64,000 nt of DNA from Veleropilina oligotropha (GCA_048128005.1 JBEUKZ010000098.1:62001-126000), one strand, 5' to 3'; shown: positions 1 through 14,244, counted from the stretch's first letter. The notes: generated by a model not told the origin, from the sequence alone. Made by a program: numbers and translations.

Positions 1-975
1 AATGACTGTGTATCTGGTTGTTTGTGACAAAATAATTGTCAAATATTTTCGGTAATTTTCCTGTCTGATGGCAATACATGAAACTTGCTACCTGGAGCTT
101 ATGAATGTCATATATGGTGAGAATATTTAGCTTGTGAAATAGTGAAGATGTGTGAGCTCGCCACCCTGATCGGGTAATCACTCGTATTGCTCGTTTCTGA
201 AGTTGAAAAACGGGTTTAATTACAGTCTGGTAGTTACTGGCCCATGTGATGTTTGAGTATGTTAAATATGGAAGTATCATACTCATATATAAAGTTTTAA
301 GTGTATGCGAGGGTATTTCATTTTTAATTTTATTTATAATGCCTATTGATTTTGCCATTTTCCGGCTTACTTCCGAAATATGGTATTTCCATGACAAATT
401 TTCGTCTATTATTACCCCTAAGAATTTCGCATTATTCACATATTTAATGGGTACTTTGTCAATTAGTATTTCAGAGTCCCGTTCACTGATTATTTTATAT
501 TTATGGCGAAAAATCATATAATTAGTTTTATTTATATTTAGAGTAAGTTTATTTACTCTAAACCATAAGCTTAATTTGTCCATTTCATTGTTAATTGTTT
601 CAAAAAGTTGATTTAAGTTTTTGTGTGTATATAGGATGTTTGTATCATCAGCAAACATAATGAAATTTAGAAGTGTTGAAGTGTTTTTCATATCATTTAC
701 ATAAATAATAAACAATAGTGGCCCCAGAATGGAGCCTTGGGGGACACCACATTTTATATTCTTCATTTGTGATGCACTTCCTTCTATCGATACATATTGG
801 TTCCTGTTTGACAGATAGCTATCAAACCATTCTAGTTGTTTTCCCCGTATGCCATAATGGTTAAGTTTTTTTAATAAGATGCCGTGATCTATAGTATCGA
901 AGGCTTTGGAAAGATCAATTAGTACATTAACAGTATATTCATTTTTATCCATTCCCAGTGAAATTTTGTCTACTA
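1..975 (-). mobile_element. LINE (CR1/L2/Crack group) reverse transcriptase fragment, 5'-truncated, runs off the window edge
   Basis: Minus-strand translation gives IDLSKAFDTIDH...GVPQGSILGPLLFIIYVND...FADDTN...VNKLTLNINKT, canonical non-LTR RT motifs. Confidence 0.9.
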
Positions 976-1489
976 TGTAAAATATAGTATGTAAAATATG
1001 TAAAATATAGTAATAAATGTTAAAAATGTCGATATTGAATAAAACCGCGCGTCTTTTATTCATGACGATCATCCATATTAATTCATATAGGCCTAATTTT
1101 TTTAACGAAACAATTGAATACTTTATCTGAATACCGTATACGAATACTGTATATAAAGTTATATCAAAATATAGCAGAGTTACTTCCCTTGATATATAGT
1201 TCTCCAGCAAGAAAGGCATCTTTAGTCTTTATTTGTAATTTCCGGTTTGCGAAAACAGGAAAAGCAGCAAACAGATAAAAGTTACACCGTATACCTGAAT
1301 ATGTAAGTCTTTTTTTTCCCAAAGTATCCCAAAATCCGTCCTTTACTAGTTTTGACACAGAACATTAGCATTTTAACGGCGTATTTAACTAAATGTCGCT
1401 AGGGCAACACTGCTTTCTAGTGTCACTATCAGATTGTGTACTATTCTGTATTCAGTTCGATACTTGATACGATTAATGATTCCCACGAA

Positions 1490-2910
1490 TCATTCCGCTA
1501 TGCTCCGAATCATTCTGGTTGCCAAGACGACATTCGACCTAATTTGAAATGTAGCGCGATGACGTCACATTTACGCTAACACGAGAAATGAAAATTTAAA
1601 CTTCATAAGAATTTAATATGTTGTAGGTAGCACCTAGATACAAACGCAGAATAGGGATTATACACAAATAAAAATTATGAAATCCGTACCCTGTCTTCTT
1701 ATTCATAACGTCTAGTGTAAGCTGACACACATATTCCGAGACGTCACTCATTGTTGCTTAGCTACGCATTTTCTCTGACGTCACAATTATCAAAACATCA
1801 CGCCATTCTTGCAGAAAAAGATATATGCACAGACGATAGCAATGGGTTTATATCAATTTGTCGCGTCATTAATGTTATTGTACTTGGATAATTTGAAGTT
1901 TAAAATCGGCCGTTGTCCGTAATTACGTTGTTTTGCATATCTCGATGGTGCGAGATTTTGGTACTCCAATGTAAAAATACCGAATTTCCTTCGAAACATG
2001 GCTGACTCGAGTTTGCGCAGTGGTCAATTCGTGACCATCCGGTTCAAGTTGGAAGGTATGCACAGGTATGTGTAGATATTGTGGTCGTGTCCCTAATCTA
2101 TAGGACGAACTTCGTTCGTTATAATTAATATGTTGTAGGTATCACCTAGATGCGAACGCAGAATAGAGATTATACACATATAAAAATTATGTAATCCGTA
2201 CCCTGCGATGTCTTCTTAATATGTGAAACGCGTCTTTTTATTCATAACGTCTATTGTAAGCTGACACACATATTCCGCGACGTCACCCATTGATGCTTAG
2301 CTACGCATTTTCTCTGATGTCACAATTTTCAAAACATCACGCCATTCTTGTAGCAAAAGATAAATGCATAGACGGTGGGAAAGGGGTTAAGATCAATTTG
2401 TCGCGTTATTAATGTTATTGTACTTGGATAATTTGAAGTTTAAAATCGTCCGTTGTCCCGTTATTACGTTGTTTTGCATATCTCGTTGGTGCGAGATTTT
2501 GGTACTCAAGATCGAGTGATGAACACAAAACATTCGAAACATGGCTGACTCGAGTTTGCACATTGGTCAATTCATGACCAACCTGTTCAAGTTGCAAGGT
2601 ATGTATAGATATTGTGGTCATGTCCCTAATCTATAGGACGATCTTCGTTCGCGCTTCGTGCGAACTGCGTGTTTAATAGAATGCCTTTGTTCCTTCTTCA
2701 ATATTGTCCAACTAGTTCATAATTATATTGGCTCACCTTTGACCGTTCCATGTCCTGGTACAAGTTTGATTCATCGGTAACATTCCGCTATGCTCCGAAT
2801 CATTCTGAACGTTGCCAAGACGACATTCGACCGAATTTGAAATGTAGCGCGATGACGTCACATTTACACTAACCCGAGAAATGAAAATTAACTTCATAAG
2901 AATTTATTAT
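1490..2910. repeat. Local duplications: diverged ~510 bp tandem pair (~1613-2120 / ~2126-2652) and ~130 bp pair (~1490-1620 / ~2781-2910)
   Basis: Blocks aatatgttgtaggta...ttcgttcg and cattccgctatgctccgaatc...cttcataagaattt each occur twice with scattered substitutions. Confidence 0.8.
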
Positions 2911-3050
2911 TTATGACAGGTGCTACGTGCCTTTAATAAGCATGTTTAATATGCAAGCACTTTGCGCTTGACACTTGTGAAAAATAAATAAAAATATTTT
3001 ATCATAATTATTACCCATAAACGAATAGCTCTTTGATTTTGCAAAACCGA

Positions 3051-3102
3051 TCCCAGAATGCCTCAATTTCGGGTTTCCGTCCATATTTTAACAACGGTAA
3101 GC
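3051..3102 (+). promoter_or_regulatory. Candidate promoter / non-coding first exon of the VPS37-like gene
   Basis: ZNF143/Staf-like TCCCAGAATGCC at 3051 and a donor cg|GTAAGC at 3097. The VPS37 ATG (5892) is immediately preceded by an acceptor-like ttaccag|g. Inference only. Confidence 0.3.
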
Positions 3103-3304
3103 CAATTTGATTTTGTCGATAATTCATTATTTTCTACACACATGTTAGCCTATAAGAGCTCGCACTTCGTGCTCGTTATAAGAGCTCGCAGTTCGTGCTC
3201 GTTATAATGCGGCCGATGGAATATGAGCTGATCATGGTTAGGTTATTTTCTATCGGCATTAGGGTAACGAATTTAGATGATCAGAAAACGACAATCTTGA
3301 ATGG

Positions 3305-3565
3305 AACTGCTTCGGCGGGTGAGTGGTTAGGATGTCAGACAGGGCCTGAGTTCGAGGCCAGCCGGCAGCATATTCTACCACTTAAAATAATAGATGGCAT
3401 ATCCCCAATGTATGTCGGTCAGATCAGAGTGAGACTTTAACTCTTAGCATGCTGTGAATTATGTAACTCAATAGGAATTGAGTGGCATATCCTGCCCCCA
3501 GCATGCTAAGAGTTAAACTGACTGTTATAAGGTTGCCAAATTGCCAAAAGTGGTCGTAAAACAAG
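3305..3565 (+). mobile_element. tRNA-derived SINE (related copy at ~59570-59760)
   Basis: A-box-like gtgagtggttag, B-box-like gagttcgaggcc and tail aagtggtcgtaaaacaa. Similar sequence at 59575-59760. Confidence 0.55.
3441..3512. mobile_element. 72-bp piggyBac-type MITE inserted in the SINE
   Basis: Perfect 14-bp TIR CTCTTAGCATGCTG/CAGCATGCTAAGAG flanked on both sides by TTAA. Confidence 0.8.
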
Positions 3566-3880
3566 GTATGCACAGGTATGTGTAGATATTGTGATCATGT
3601 CCCTAATCTATAGGACGATGAATGGATTTTTATATGAGTCATTAATAGCGGTAATTATAGTCTATTCAAATGCAAACAAATACTATTTAGCAGTAAGCAG
3701 GATACGCTAATCATTTAAATATTGAAGTGAATATTGATTAAAATGGTTTGACGGGTAAAACATCGAGTGTCACTTTTAAACAGTTAAAAGTTAAATATCA
3801 CATTAACAGTTCAAAACGTTTTTGATTTAAAGTAACCCAGCTGTCAAACATGGTACGTGATCACTATTGTCACTGTTAAT

Positions 3881-4289
3881 ATGCTACAGGTGCTACCTAG
3901 TGACGAGCACGCAGATTACATATACATGCTACAGGTGCTACCTAGTGACGAGCACGCAGATTATATATACATGCTACATGTGCTACCTAGTGACGAGCTC
4001 GCAGATTATATATACATGCTACAGGTGCTACCTAGTGACGAGCACGCAGATTATATATACATGCTACAGGTGCTACCTAGTGACGAGCACGCAGATTATA
4101 TATACATGCTACAGGTGCAACCTAGTGACGAGCACGCAAATTATATATATATGCTATACAGGTGCTACCTAGTGACGAGCACGCAGATTATATATACATG
4201 CTACAGGTGTTACCTAGTGACGAGCACGCAGATTATATATACATGCTACAGGTGCTACCTAGTGACGAGCACGCAGATTATATATACAT
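3881..4289. repeat. Minisatellite, 45-bp unit x ~9
   Basis: Unit atgctacaggtgctacctagtgacgagcacgcagattatatatac repeated; one unit has a +4 bp slip. Confidence 0.95.
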
Positions 4290-4882
4290 CAGGGAAATAT
4301 AGCAATGAAATGACTTTATTGATGATGCGTACAAATCTATGGGCCATCTTCGCAAATAAAGAATAATTATGCGCACAAATGACCAGCAAATCTCTCATTG
4401 GTTGAAATTTGCGTGGCCTGTGACATAGCCAAGACCTGACCTTATGTGGTTCGGCAAAGTCCGCTTCAAAATGGGTGATGGCAGGTCGCGTAAATATAAA
4501 CTAAGTATATTTAAAATGAAATTTGATAATAATATTATGCATACTTACATATTTCAATAACTTATTTACAATAGGTATTTATCTAATGGAAAAGAATAAG
4601 AAACGGGGGTATCCCGTCCCCTACGAATTATCGAGAAGCGCATAACTGGGAAAATAATTCTATTTCCAGGTGATAACATCGGTTTTGAATTCATAGTATG
4701 TTGTGTAATTATCTGCCCTTCAATCTGTTCTTATGTCTTTTCCGTATACAGGTATGTGTGTAGAGCTCGCTATAATATCCCTTCTTGTACCACTTACAGT
4801 ATTTTCAATTCATCTTCAACTAAAGTCATAAAAAGACTCATTACCTCAAGTTCGTCTTACTCATTTAAAGGCGCTCTGCCAT

Positions 4883-5695
4883 AAGGCGAGGGTTGACCTG
4901 CGAATGAACTCGCCGGTGAGTGAGTCGTGGGCGCGAGTATTCTGTACTCGCGAGTATTCTGTACTCGCGAGTATTCTGTACTCGCGAGTATTCTGTACTC
5001 GCGAGTATACTCGCGAGTATTCTGTACTTGCAAGTATTCTGTACTCGCAAGCGCTGCAAGTATAGTTCTCTCCCATATAGGCAAGTGAATTATGCTAGTA
5101 CCCATTGCAAGTCGACTGAGTAGCGCGTTATATGTGATAGTGAAACGATGGCGACAACACCCAGTTGCAAGGAAAGCAGATACACAATGACATGTATTGA
5201 AATTGAATTTGTTAAGGGACATTACAGGGATAAAACACTTGGCACTAAGTATAATCATCAATGATCCATTGCTGTGGATTTCTCTTCCGATAGTCTGTCC
5301 TTTTTGGCTTGTAATGGTAGTCTGCCAGATGGATATTGTACATAATATCATAATTCTCTTTAAGCCACAGCTCAATGTCCTCTTCTTGCCATAAGCTAAG
5401 TTAATCGTGTTTCATTTGAGAACCGCCATTGTCTGTTATTCTCTGGTAGAGTAGTATACCAATAATTACCACTAACCACTAATTTTATTTATTGTTGATG
5501 GTGAAACTTCAATCGCTGGTCTTGCGGAGAGCGAGTTGTGCTCTCACACAAGCGAGTGACATTGCGAGTACTTGCGGATCTCGCAAGGTTTTGACACATG
5601 TCCAAAATCTTGCTAGTACATGTACTCGCAGTGCTTGCGAGTAATTCATCTCCCACTACGCGAGTTCCTGACACTCGCAGGGTCACACTCACGTA
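4883..5695. mobile_element. Degenerate TIR element containing a 17-bp tandem array (4933-5050)
   Basis: gagggttgacctgcgaatgaactcgc (left) is an imperfect inverted repeat of gcgagttcctgacactcgcagggtcacactc (right). Unit cgcgagtattctgtact x ~6-7 lies just inside the left end. Confidence 0.5.
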
Positions 5696-5891
5696 GTGGC
5701 AGAGCACCGTAATAGTAGAAACAGTCATGACGTATTTGATCATCATTCGATGTAGAGCTAATCAGACCGTCTGCCCACCAAAGAACACTGCTCTACTGCG
5801 GGTCCCAACTAAGATTATATTACTGAAAAAAAGTTAAAGCGATCGTATATGACAAACTCGCCAATCTTGACTATTACAGTGTATTACCAGG

Positions 5892-8800
5892 ATGTATCAG
5901 TCCTACCGACAACAGCAGCATCAGACGTGGAACCCTTCCCTTGGTGCACCTCGGCTTCAGACAGACGAAGCAGCGGCCATCGCCTTCCTACAACATCTGG
6001 ACAAGGAGGACCTCGGCCGATTACTAAATGAAGACTCCAAACTGGCTGAAGTGGTCAAAGATTTAGCGCAGGTCAGATTACTTTAAATAAAATCACAAAA
6101 TAGATATCTAATCTGTATCACACAATTGCCCCATTTTCCATAGTGCTCCACTTATTAATATTCGTCGTATTATCTAAATCGAATATTAAACACCTGATTG
6201 AAGTTCGATTGAATAATTTCAAGAGTGGGTTTACCGTGAAAACAGCCAATAAAAACATGTCATGGAAGGTTATTCATATAATGCTTTAAGTAGAGATTTC
6301 AATACATTGTCAAGTCTTCCAAAGTTTAAATGACCATAATGTATTGCATATAATAGCAATACCTTTCAAAATTTCAATCACAATTATTGGAATTCATTAT
6401 TATATTTCATTTTAGGCATGAATAAATTTTATCATTCTATTTTCACATATGCTGTGTTAGTCTTATATTAATTGTCATATTGAGACATTCTACATACAAG
6501 GCATTTCATTATTTAGGTAATGAGCGAATATCATATGACGACATGTTGCATTACTGTAATACACTAGGCCATAAATTGATAATGTCAAAGTTACTACATT
6601 AAATATGATCGCTAAGCTGTAAATATTGTATAAAAATTATATATGTGATCAATAGAAATGAATATCACACTCATGGTTAAGTAATATCACATTTAATTTA
6701 ATGAAACTTGATTAACTAATTTCCTCTGAAAATATGAAAATTAGTTTTAAATTAATAAATGTGTTATTACACAGCCACTCATGTGAATGAAATCCACTAT
6801 TTTTTTCTAATCGAATGTGCAGTGCATGTCATTCATTCATTTATACATATATTTATAAGTTATAACATATTTCATATTAGCAGTTAACGTTTTTGACAGG
6901 TCAAAGAATTTCAGACAGACAGAGAGATGCTACTGACAAGCATCAAAAGTCTCTCTGAGTACAACCTGAGCCTGCAGCCTCGGTTTGAAGACCTCAAGCG
7001 CAAGGTCGCCACCAATTATGAGGAAAGCAGTCAACTCAAACTGAGGCTAGGCGAGGACAAAGCCAAACTTGGTTTGTACAATTTTTCACCGTTGAATGCA
7101 CCAGTTCTCATCAGACAGAACCGATGCCGACAACACTGCAATTGGAAATTTGACTTATGTGGATGCAAAACTAATAAATTTAAATGAAATTAATTTTATA
7201 AATTGGTTCTTATAACTTTTTCAAAGAATATTTGTATGTTGATTGTACATACTCTGTCTTGGCAAGAGAAGTTTACATTGAAATTACGCGAGCTTCACGT
7301 TTGCATAATATTCGCGAAATTAAGAGGTCGCATATTTTTAGTTGAACTGCCTAAAATGTGAATTGTATTAAAATTCGCTAAAATTAACAGGCATGGTATT
7401 GTTTCATTTTTTAAATTAGCGAAATATTAAGGCCGCCAAAATATAGGCTGTTACAGTATATGAATATTACGAAGATAGTTTATGCTATTGTCAGGTTGCA
7501 TAGCAACAGACATCATCAGTGGTCAAGAACAGTGCTTCGAATTCACTTATTCTGTTGGTACTTTCTCTGTATCTGCAAGTGAGGGTTCAAGTTTGATTTA
7601 ATACATTTCTGAGCTATGAATCTTGTACCCATCCTTTGAAAGGAGAGGTTAAACCAACGTTCTGAGTACATATATGACTGTGAAGTTGTCAAAATGTTGT
7701 CGTTAAACGAAAACAGATTAACATCATATAACTAGTCTAACCAATTCAAACCAAAGAAATGGCAATAAATTATTGAATATTAAACATTTCCGTATCAGTA
7801 ATTTCAGAAAATTAACGTCGTGATCATGATTCCATGATGTATAACGATCAATTTGGACATTTCCCACCTGTTTGTGTTATTAATATGTGCTCGTCCTTCT
7901 TTCCGTTAGATATGTTCACTGGCGATCAGACACTGGATAAAATCCTGGCCATTCTGCAAGCCGAGGCAGCCAAGTCAGAGGAAGAATCCGAGGTAAAGAG
8001 ATTAGTGTGTACTAGAGTTGACTGAGTTCGCTTTGCGTACTATCAGTTTAGGGGCCACTCCAGCAGCCATGCGGTCTAAAAAGTAAACTCTGAAATCAAT
8101 GGCTTGATTGCTCTGACTAACAGGCATTCATGTTCAGTTACTAAATCACAGTTGTCCGTAAGAGGGCGGATTTTGTCAGACAACAAGTCTAAGGCTTTCC
8201 TCTCACGATAATAAATTGACGTAATGTCTCTGCATGCATGTGTTCAGCATTTCCTTAACCCTTTCATCACGGCAGCCCGCTGTAGCGGGTAGAAAATGAC
8301 GTTACCTTTCACCTATAGCGGGCTATGACGTTAAACAATGTTATTACCACAAGAGAGTCACATTTCATCTGTATTTTCAATGCAACTAATAGTAATAATG
8401 ATATATGATTCATTTTGAAAGATACTGTCAGGTTATACAATGTTTTATTTAAATTGTATTCATAAAATGATTATTTATGCAAGTGGCCATCTAACAAATA
8501 CCTAAATTATATAAATGACATCATTATTTCATAAATATATGTCAACCTCATATCATCTGTAATTAAGTTAGTGAGTAAAACATTTCAGCTAAATATACTT
8601 ATAAAGATACCCATTATATCCCGATCATAAAAATATATGTTATTCCATAAATTTATTCAATGGAAATTGTTGATATCACATAAGATATACGAGAAAGATG
8701 TCTGGAGTTCAGCCAGCATATTCAGTGTGTATGATTATTGTTCTCTGGAATACTCAGTGATGAAAGAGTTAATTTGATAACATCTCAAGCCTGAAGATAA

Positions 8801-9449
8801 GTCGAAGCAGCGAAATTATCATGTCTAACTTAATATGTATAAATAATCATGATTATTATGTTAATGTAAGTATAATGTATTTGGGCAATTATTAGATTGA
8901 GTATATTTTTGAGGATTTTGGTTAAGATTGCTGCTGCTACAAATTAATATCAAACAACGGCAGTCAATAGTTTCATGCCTTGTATCATTTTTCTGTTATC
9001 ACAGCAACTTTAGGTAGATTCATTTCCCAATAATTGTGTTTAAATGAAAGTCAACAAATACCTAGCATGTAGAGAAAACAGGGGTTATGTGAAATATATG
9101 CAAGTAAGCTTACAGTGGACAATTGCATACGATTCTGAATAATTCAACATGCACAAACAACATATAAATGCATGATATTTTTATATTTCAGCTACTAGCG
9201 GATGCCTTTTGTGAAAAAAATATTCCTGTCGATGCCTTTGTCAACGACTACATAAACAAGAGGAAAATAGCGCATTTGCGTCGTTTGAAAGTGGAAAAAA
9301 TGACGGAATTACTTCAGCAGCATGGACAACCAGCAGCACCATCTAGTGGCTATAATAATTGGTCAGGCAACCCTCAAATGAACACAAATGCACCATACCC
9401 TGTTGGTAACTCATATATGCCTGATCCTGCGACGTATCGTCCACGCTAG
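5892..9449 (+). CDS. VPS37B: Vacuolar protein sorting 37 family (ESCRT-I subunit, Mod(r) domain; VPS37B/C/D-like), 230 aa
   Basis: Exons 5892-6071, 6900-7071, 7910-7992 and 9192-9449 have GT-AG borders and consistent phases (693 nt). Protein has the Mod(r)-like ...REMLLTSIKSLSEYNLSLQPRF...ILQAEAAKSEEESE..ADAF...VDAFVNDYINKRKIAHLRRLKVEK and a Pro-rich tail. Paralog assignment is uncertain. Confidence 0.9.
8259..8768. mobile_element. piggyBac-type non-autonomous element in VPS37 intron 3
   Basis: TTAA|CCCTTTCATCAC ... GTGATGAAAGAG|TTAA: 12-bp TIR with one mismatch and TTAA duplication. Confidence 0.75.
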
Positions 9450-9744
9450 GTGGTGTGACGCGAACAATGTAAGATACTGTTCAAGTGTAAAGAAAACAAA
9501 ATTATTTTATATATAGTCAATAAAAGAGAGCGGAACATTCAGATATGAGCAATCTTCTCTTTGATAACACTATTTTAAGCATTTATCCATCACCCAATTA
9601 TTCTATTGTTATTTTATAAATAACCTCTTCTGAATCTAACAGTTAATATTCAAATTAGTCATTTCTGATTTCTGGCTTCCGATGCAATGTGCAGCATTCA
9701 GTAGCTGACTGGAATGTTTCCAGTCTTTCAAACCCTAAAAGAGT

Positions 9745-10084
9745 TAAACAAGAACGACGCGTTCGGATTATGTCTTGACCTTTGTCTGCATGGACCGTCT
9801 GTTGTATATTAGTGTACGTTAAAGGTTCTTATAATACAATCTAACATATTCATACGATGTATTTACTTCCAACTCATGATTTTCTGACAGAAAATTTAGT
9901 CACACTAAAATGACGTCATGGACGTCCCAAGTTACCATGGCAATTATGCATAAAAATGCCTATAAAAACGATATTTTAAGAAATTTTGTAATGAAAGTTA
10001 TATACACGACCTACAAATTACCTTGGGAATGCGTATGCCAATTTTCAGGGTAATTGGTTCAGTAGTTTTCGAGAAAATCAGCGG

Positions 10085-10135
<51 letters not shown>

Positions 10136-10208
10136 TATATAAGTATATACACACGGACCATTTGAGAATGTCTTGTCCTTTTTTGTCAAAAAGGTCAAGA
10201 CATAAAAA
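9745..10208 (-). mobile_element. Helentron-type non-autonomous element (HINE/DINE-1-like), same family as 29566-30075
   Basis: Reverse complement of the 29566-30075 element: sub-terminal inverted repeat atgtcttgaccttt, (TA)n microsatellite at 10085-10150, terminal hairpin gaacgacgcgttc. Confidence 0.75.
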
Positions 10209-11537
10209 TATTTTAGAACTGTTTAATCATCACCTATTTTAACAACAAATTTTATTTATTAATTTGGCTTATGCTGCCAATGGCTGTATTTTGTTGTTTG
10301 GAATAACACATTACAGATTTTGATGGAATCAGTTCTATTTATGTTAATGATGATAAAATATATGTATAAATTCAGTTGACAATGGAAGTTGTTAAGCAAC
10401 GTATGTTGCCGTAGTTACGTTACATTGTTCACAACATGACGTTAAACATGAGGCGATGGGAGTACAACGTACTGGAGTCCTGAGAAGATGACGCAGCAAC
10501 ACATTGTTCTTGCTCCTAGTGTGCCAATCTATTAAAAATCTAATCATTGGCACAGTGTTATTTTCAAAGAGACGTGTGTATATGAGCAAGAGGTTTTAAT
10601 CATTTTGAAAACTTCAATAAAGATTAAATGATTACCAGCTCATCCAGGCACATTGGTTTATCGTTCTTTGGCAAATGAAAATTATTATGAATATCGATAG
10701 TGTTATTCGATTTGACTTACTTGTCATTTTTGGGACATACAGTAATACATATTGTTGGACACTTGACCTCTGCTAGACGTCTTGGTTACATGATGGCTCA
10801 GTGGTCGTACCGCCAATTCATGAGATCCAATAACGCATCACAAAGTAAAATAAATCAAATTATTTTTGAGCTTTGAGATCTTTATTACTGTTAATATGTG
10901 GGTAACTATATTATAAAGAGCCTTTGCACTTACATGTTTTTAAAGATTATCTGTGTGCCCTTGTAATAACAGAACAAACAAATTCTGTAATTTGTGCTTT
11001 AATACTTATGTAAATATGATCTGCTGTATACAATGCCAACAATATTGTTATGGCATTAATGTTTATTAATGTTGTATAAATATTATAAATATGTGTATAT
11101 AATATATTCATTTAATGTATATAATATTTGTACTCTGAAATATGTGATGTGCTGCATTTTAACGCTGTGCACTGCTACTTCCAAAATATACGCATTATTT
11201 TCTAATAACGCCAGTGTAGACAGATGCCTATGGATTGATGGTGTGACATATTACGATAACAATTTCATAATTATTTGATATCTGACGTATTTAATATAAA
11301 TGAATGATTGAGATAGTTTCATCTCCAGTTGATACATTTCTGTCAATAACTCAAACAAGCTATCACGTGAAAAGCATGGTAACAATTAGTTAAAATATCG
11401 ATTCCAGAGAATCTGATTATTCAAAACTATTTATCATAGATGAGAAATTGAAAATAAATATGTCAGTATGAATTTGTGTTCTATTTTCTATCTTTAACAG
11501 TCATAACTTCTCTACTCGGAAACATGCTTTGCTGTCA

Positions 11538-12212
11538 TTTTTAACCCCAGCTTAAAAAAAGCTGGGGTTATTGTCATCGCCAGAGGCGGGCGGTTAATGT
11601 TGTCCGGCCTATATCTCGGCTACCAAACATGTTACCTCGATTTCATATGGTATGCTAACTACCCTTATCATACGCTAGTGCATGGTGGTGAAATTTCATG
11701 TGAAGGACCTTTGACCTTGCGGCAATGACCTTTGGCCCTTAAATATTGTCCGGGCCGTTTCTCGGAGACCAAACATGCTAGCCTTCTAATTTTTTGGGGG
11801 TGTGTTGCCTATAATACAAAGCTGTGCATGGCTGTAAAATTTTGCTCATTTGGCCTTTGACCTCTGCATAGGGACCTTCACAAATTTTCTATATTTAGAA
11901 TTTTTTTTTTTTTCGTCATTTGTTAATTCTTTGGTGCCAAACTATTTATTTAGGGTTAGTACATCATATAACAAATACGAAAATGGCCTTTGGTCAAAGT
12001 CACAGAGGTCAAAATATATGCACAATTTGCAGACTTTGTGAGACTATAGCGTGCCCATTATGATATGGAGACATATTATGACATGGACTACCCTTATCAT
12101 ACTCTAGATCATGGTGGGTAATACTGGCAAGGTGAAGATCACAGATTTTATATGGCAGTCTGATTGCTATATAAGGCTGGGGTTCCTGATAGCCGGGCGG
12201 CTGTCTATTTTA
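11538..12212 (+). mobile_element. Helentron-type non-autonomous element
   Basis: T-run start, 5' inverted repeat aaccccagctt/aagctggggtt, internal gacctttgacc repeats, 3' ctggggtt plus hairpin gatagccg/cggctgtc. Confidence 0.7.
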
Positions 12213-13899
12213 TTACTATGCAACTCAAAATTTACAAAATCTAAACATTAGTTTAGAGTGATGTCACAATACTCCATCTATGGTAACAACTGCATAATTA
12301 TTTGATGCCAGATGTAATAGAAGTTATTGAATGATTGAAAGAATTTCATATCCAGTTGATAAAATGTTGTCAGTAAATTCAAACAGAGCTTTCACTGTCG
12401 GGTCACTCCCGACATTGGTAAGTGTGCGATTATGTCACCTTCAAAATCATTTAATTTAGATTGTTCTTACCCTTGAACGTGGTGCCGCTACAAATTTCTG
12501 TAAGTGTCGTAACTTTTCTCTGGTCGTAATAAGCTTTGACACAAAAATCCACGATGAGGCTTTGCATGTGGAGTTGTTACATGTACCTTTACACATCTTT
12601 TGTCTGCACTACATCTCTGGTACGATATAATGTGCCAGATTCAGTTCATTTGTTAATATGTGAACTCACCATTTATAACCTACCCTTGCTCGTGGCGACA
12701 ATTTTTCATGGGCAAAATGTACTGTCTTGGTACATGTATACTTTATCTGGCCTCATTTTTATGGCAGTGTGGTTGCTTTAATAATATTAACTTTGATTTC
12801 CTGGGTCTGACATTTTTTTCATTGATGGTCGTATTTAGAGACGTCCTTATAATACTATTAGTGTACGAGGAAAGCGTAGAATAACAGATAAATCCCACAT
12901 GCATTCGCCCATATAATGGCATTATGTAAATTCATAGATAATACACTGTCAGTCCGAGTGTTATAAACACATAACAGACAAGAGTCAGAACGAGGCTGTT
13001 ATGTTTATAATGCCGAGGGGTGGCATCTGTTATACACATCATGGAAATCTATTGTAAATTGCAAGCTGTGATCCTTTAAAACATTCAATTCCCCACCATA
13101 TCGCCTACTAGAGCATGGAGTACTGTGACTGATAATTCTGTAGTCTTCAAATGAGAATCGAAGCCGCCCTGCCAAAGCAGCAGTCAGGCGAGTGTAGTGC
13201 GATCTTCTGCACCTTGCAGGCGGCCCACATCACATTGATTTGGTTGTTTCCCTTTGACAATGAATCTTACTTCCTCTGCAGTTAAACAATTTACACATCT
13301 ATCATGCTACTAATAATGATGACTCTTGTGTGATCAAGTATTCAACTCGACAAGTGAACGCACATCTTTAAATGATCACTTTGAGCAAAGCATCATTTTG
13401 AAATATATATTCCACAGAGAAAATACAAACTGCTCCAAATTCTGTGAGGCTTTCACAGGAAATATGAGATAACAGGAGATGGTCACCTAACCGTGGCATA
13501 TTTTTAATACTGCCGATTGTTAAGTGTTGTTAAGCCATACTCGATAACTAAGTTGACTGTTGTACAAACACTCGAAATGCATTCATATTTACAAAATATA
13601 AACTGTAATAATGTTTTTCATCCCTACAGGTGTGTTTCTTATAAGGATTTAATAATAAACCTGATTCAGTGTGTATTGGCAATGCTTTGTTAGCGAAACA
13701 TCTTTGAAATTCAATTTTTTTTTTAAAACAGCAGTATGGATGATACAGTGCAACAATGAAAATATTGTTGGAGAAATATTATTAAACATAGTTTGGATGT
13801 ATGGATGGACATTTATATTGCGACGTATCTGTCCACGAATGCGCTATCACATATCTTGAACGCTCAGTCACGAGTGACCGCATATGTATCGCCCGGTAT

Positions 13900-14240
13900 T
13901 CCACGATGGAATGCACATGTATATCAAATGTGAAAGCATTCTGTTAAGAATAAACCTGTCTAGAGCGATCACAAGGAATTATGCTTTAAAATCCAAGATG
14001 GAGGCCACAGCGAATACATTCCGTTAAGAAATGGACTGTCTAGAGCGATCACGAGGAATCATTCGACGACGGCCTTCTCGGAGGTCAGACCACACCCAAA
14101 ATATCTAGGTGTCGTGTCCTCGCCCAGACCAATGCACATACCAAATTTGAAAACATTCCGTTAAGAAACGATCTGCCTAGAGCGATCACGAGAAATCTTG
14201 ACGCGGACGCAACGGCGTAACGGACGCTAAACCATAGTAG
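13900..14240 (-). mobile_element. Helentron-type element remnant with three internal repeats
   Basis: cattccgttaagaa...tagagcgatcac(a/g)ag occurs three times, followed by gacgcggacgc...cggacg short repeats. Confidence 0.45.
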
Positions 14241-14244
14241 AACC

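Noticed and set aside
3857..4366. 169-aa and 101-aa ORFs; possible CRISPR-like array
   Set aside because: Translations of a 45-bp tandem repeat with no unique spacers; eukaryotic context with no cas genes.
4857..5375. Overlapping ORFs with ILASTEYSRVQNTREYR repeats
   Set aside because: Artefact of the 17-bp tandem repeat.
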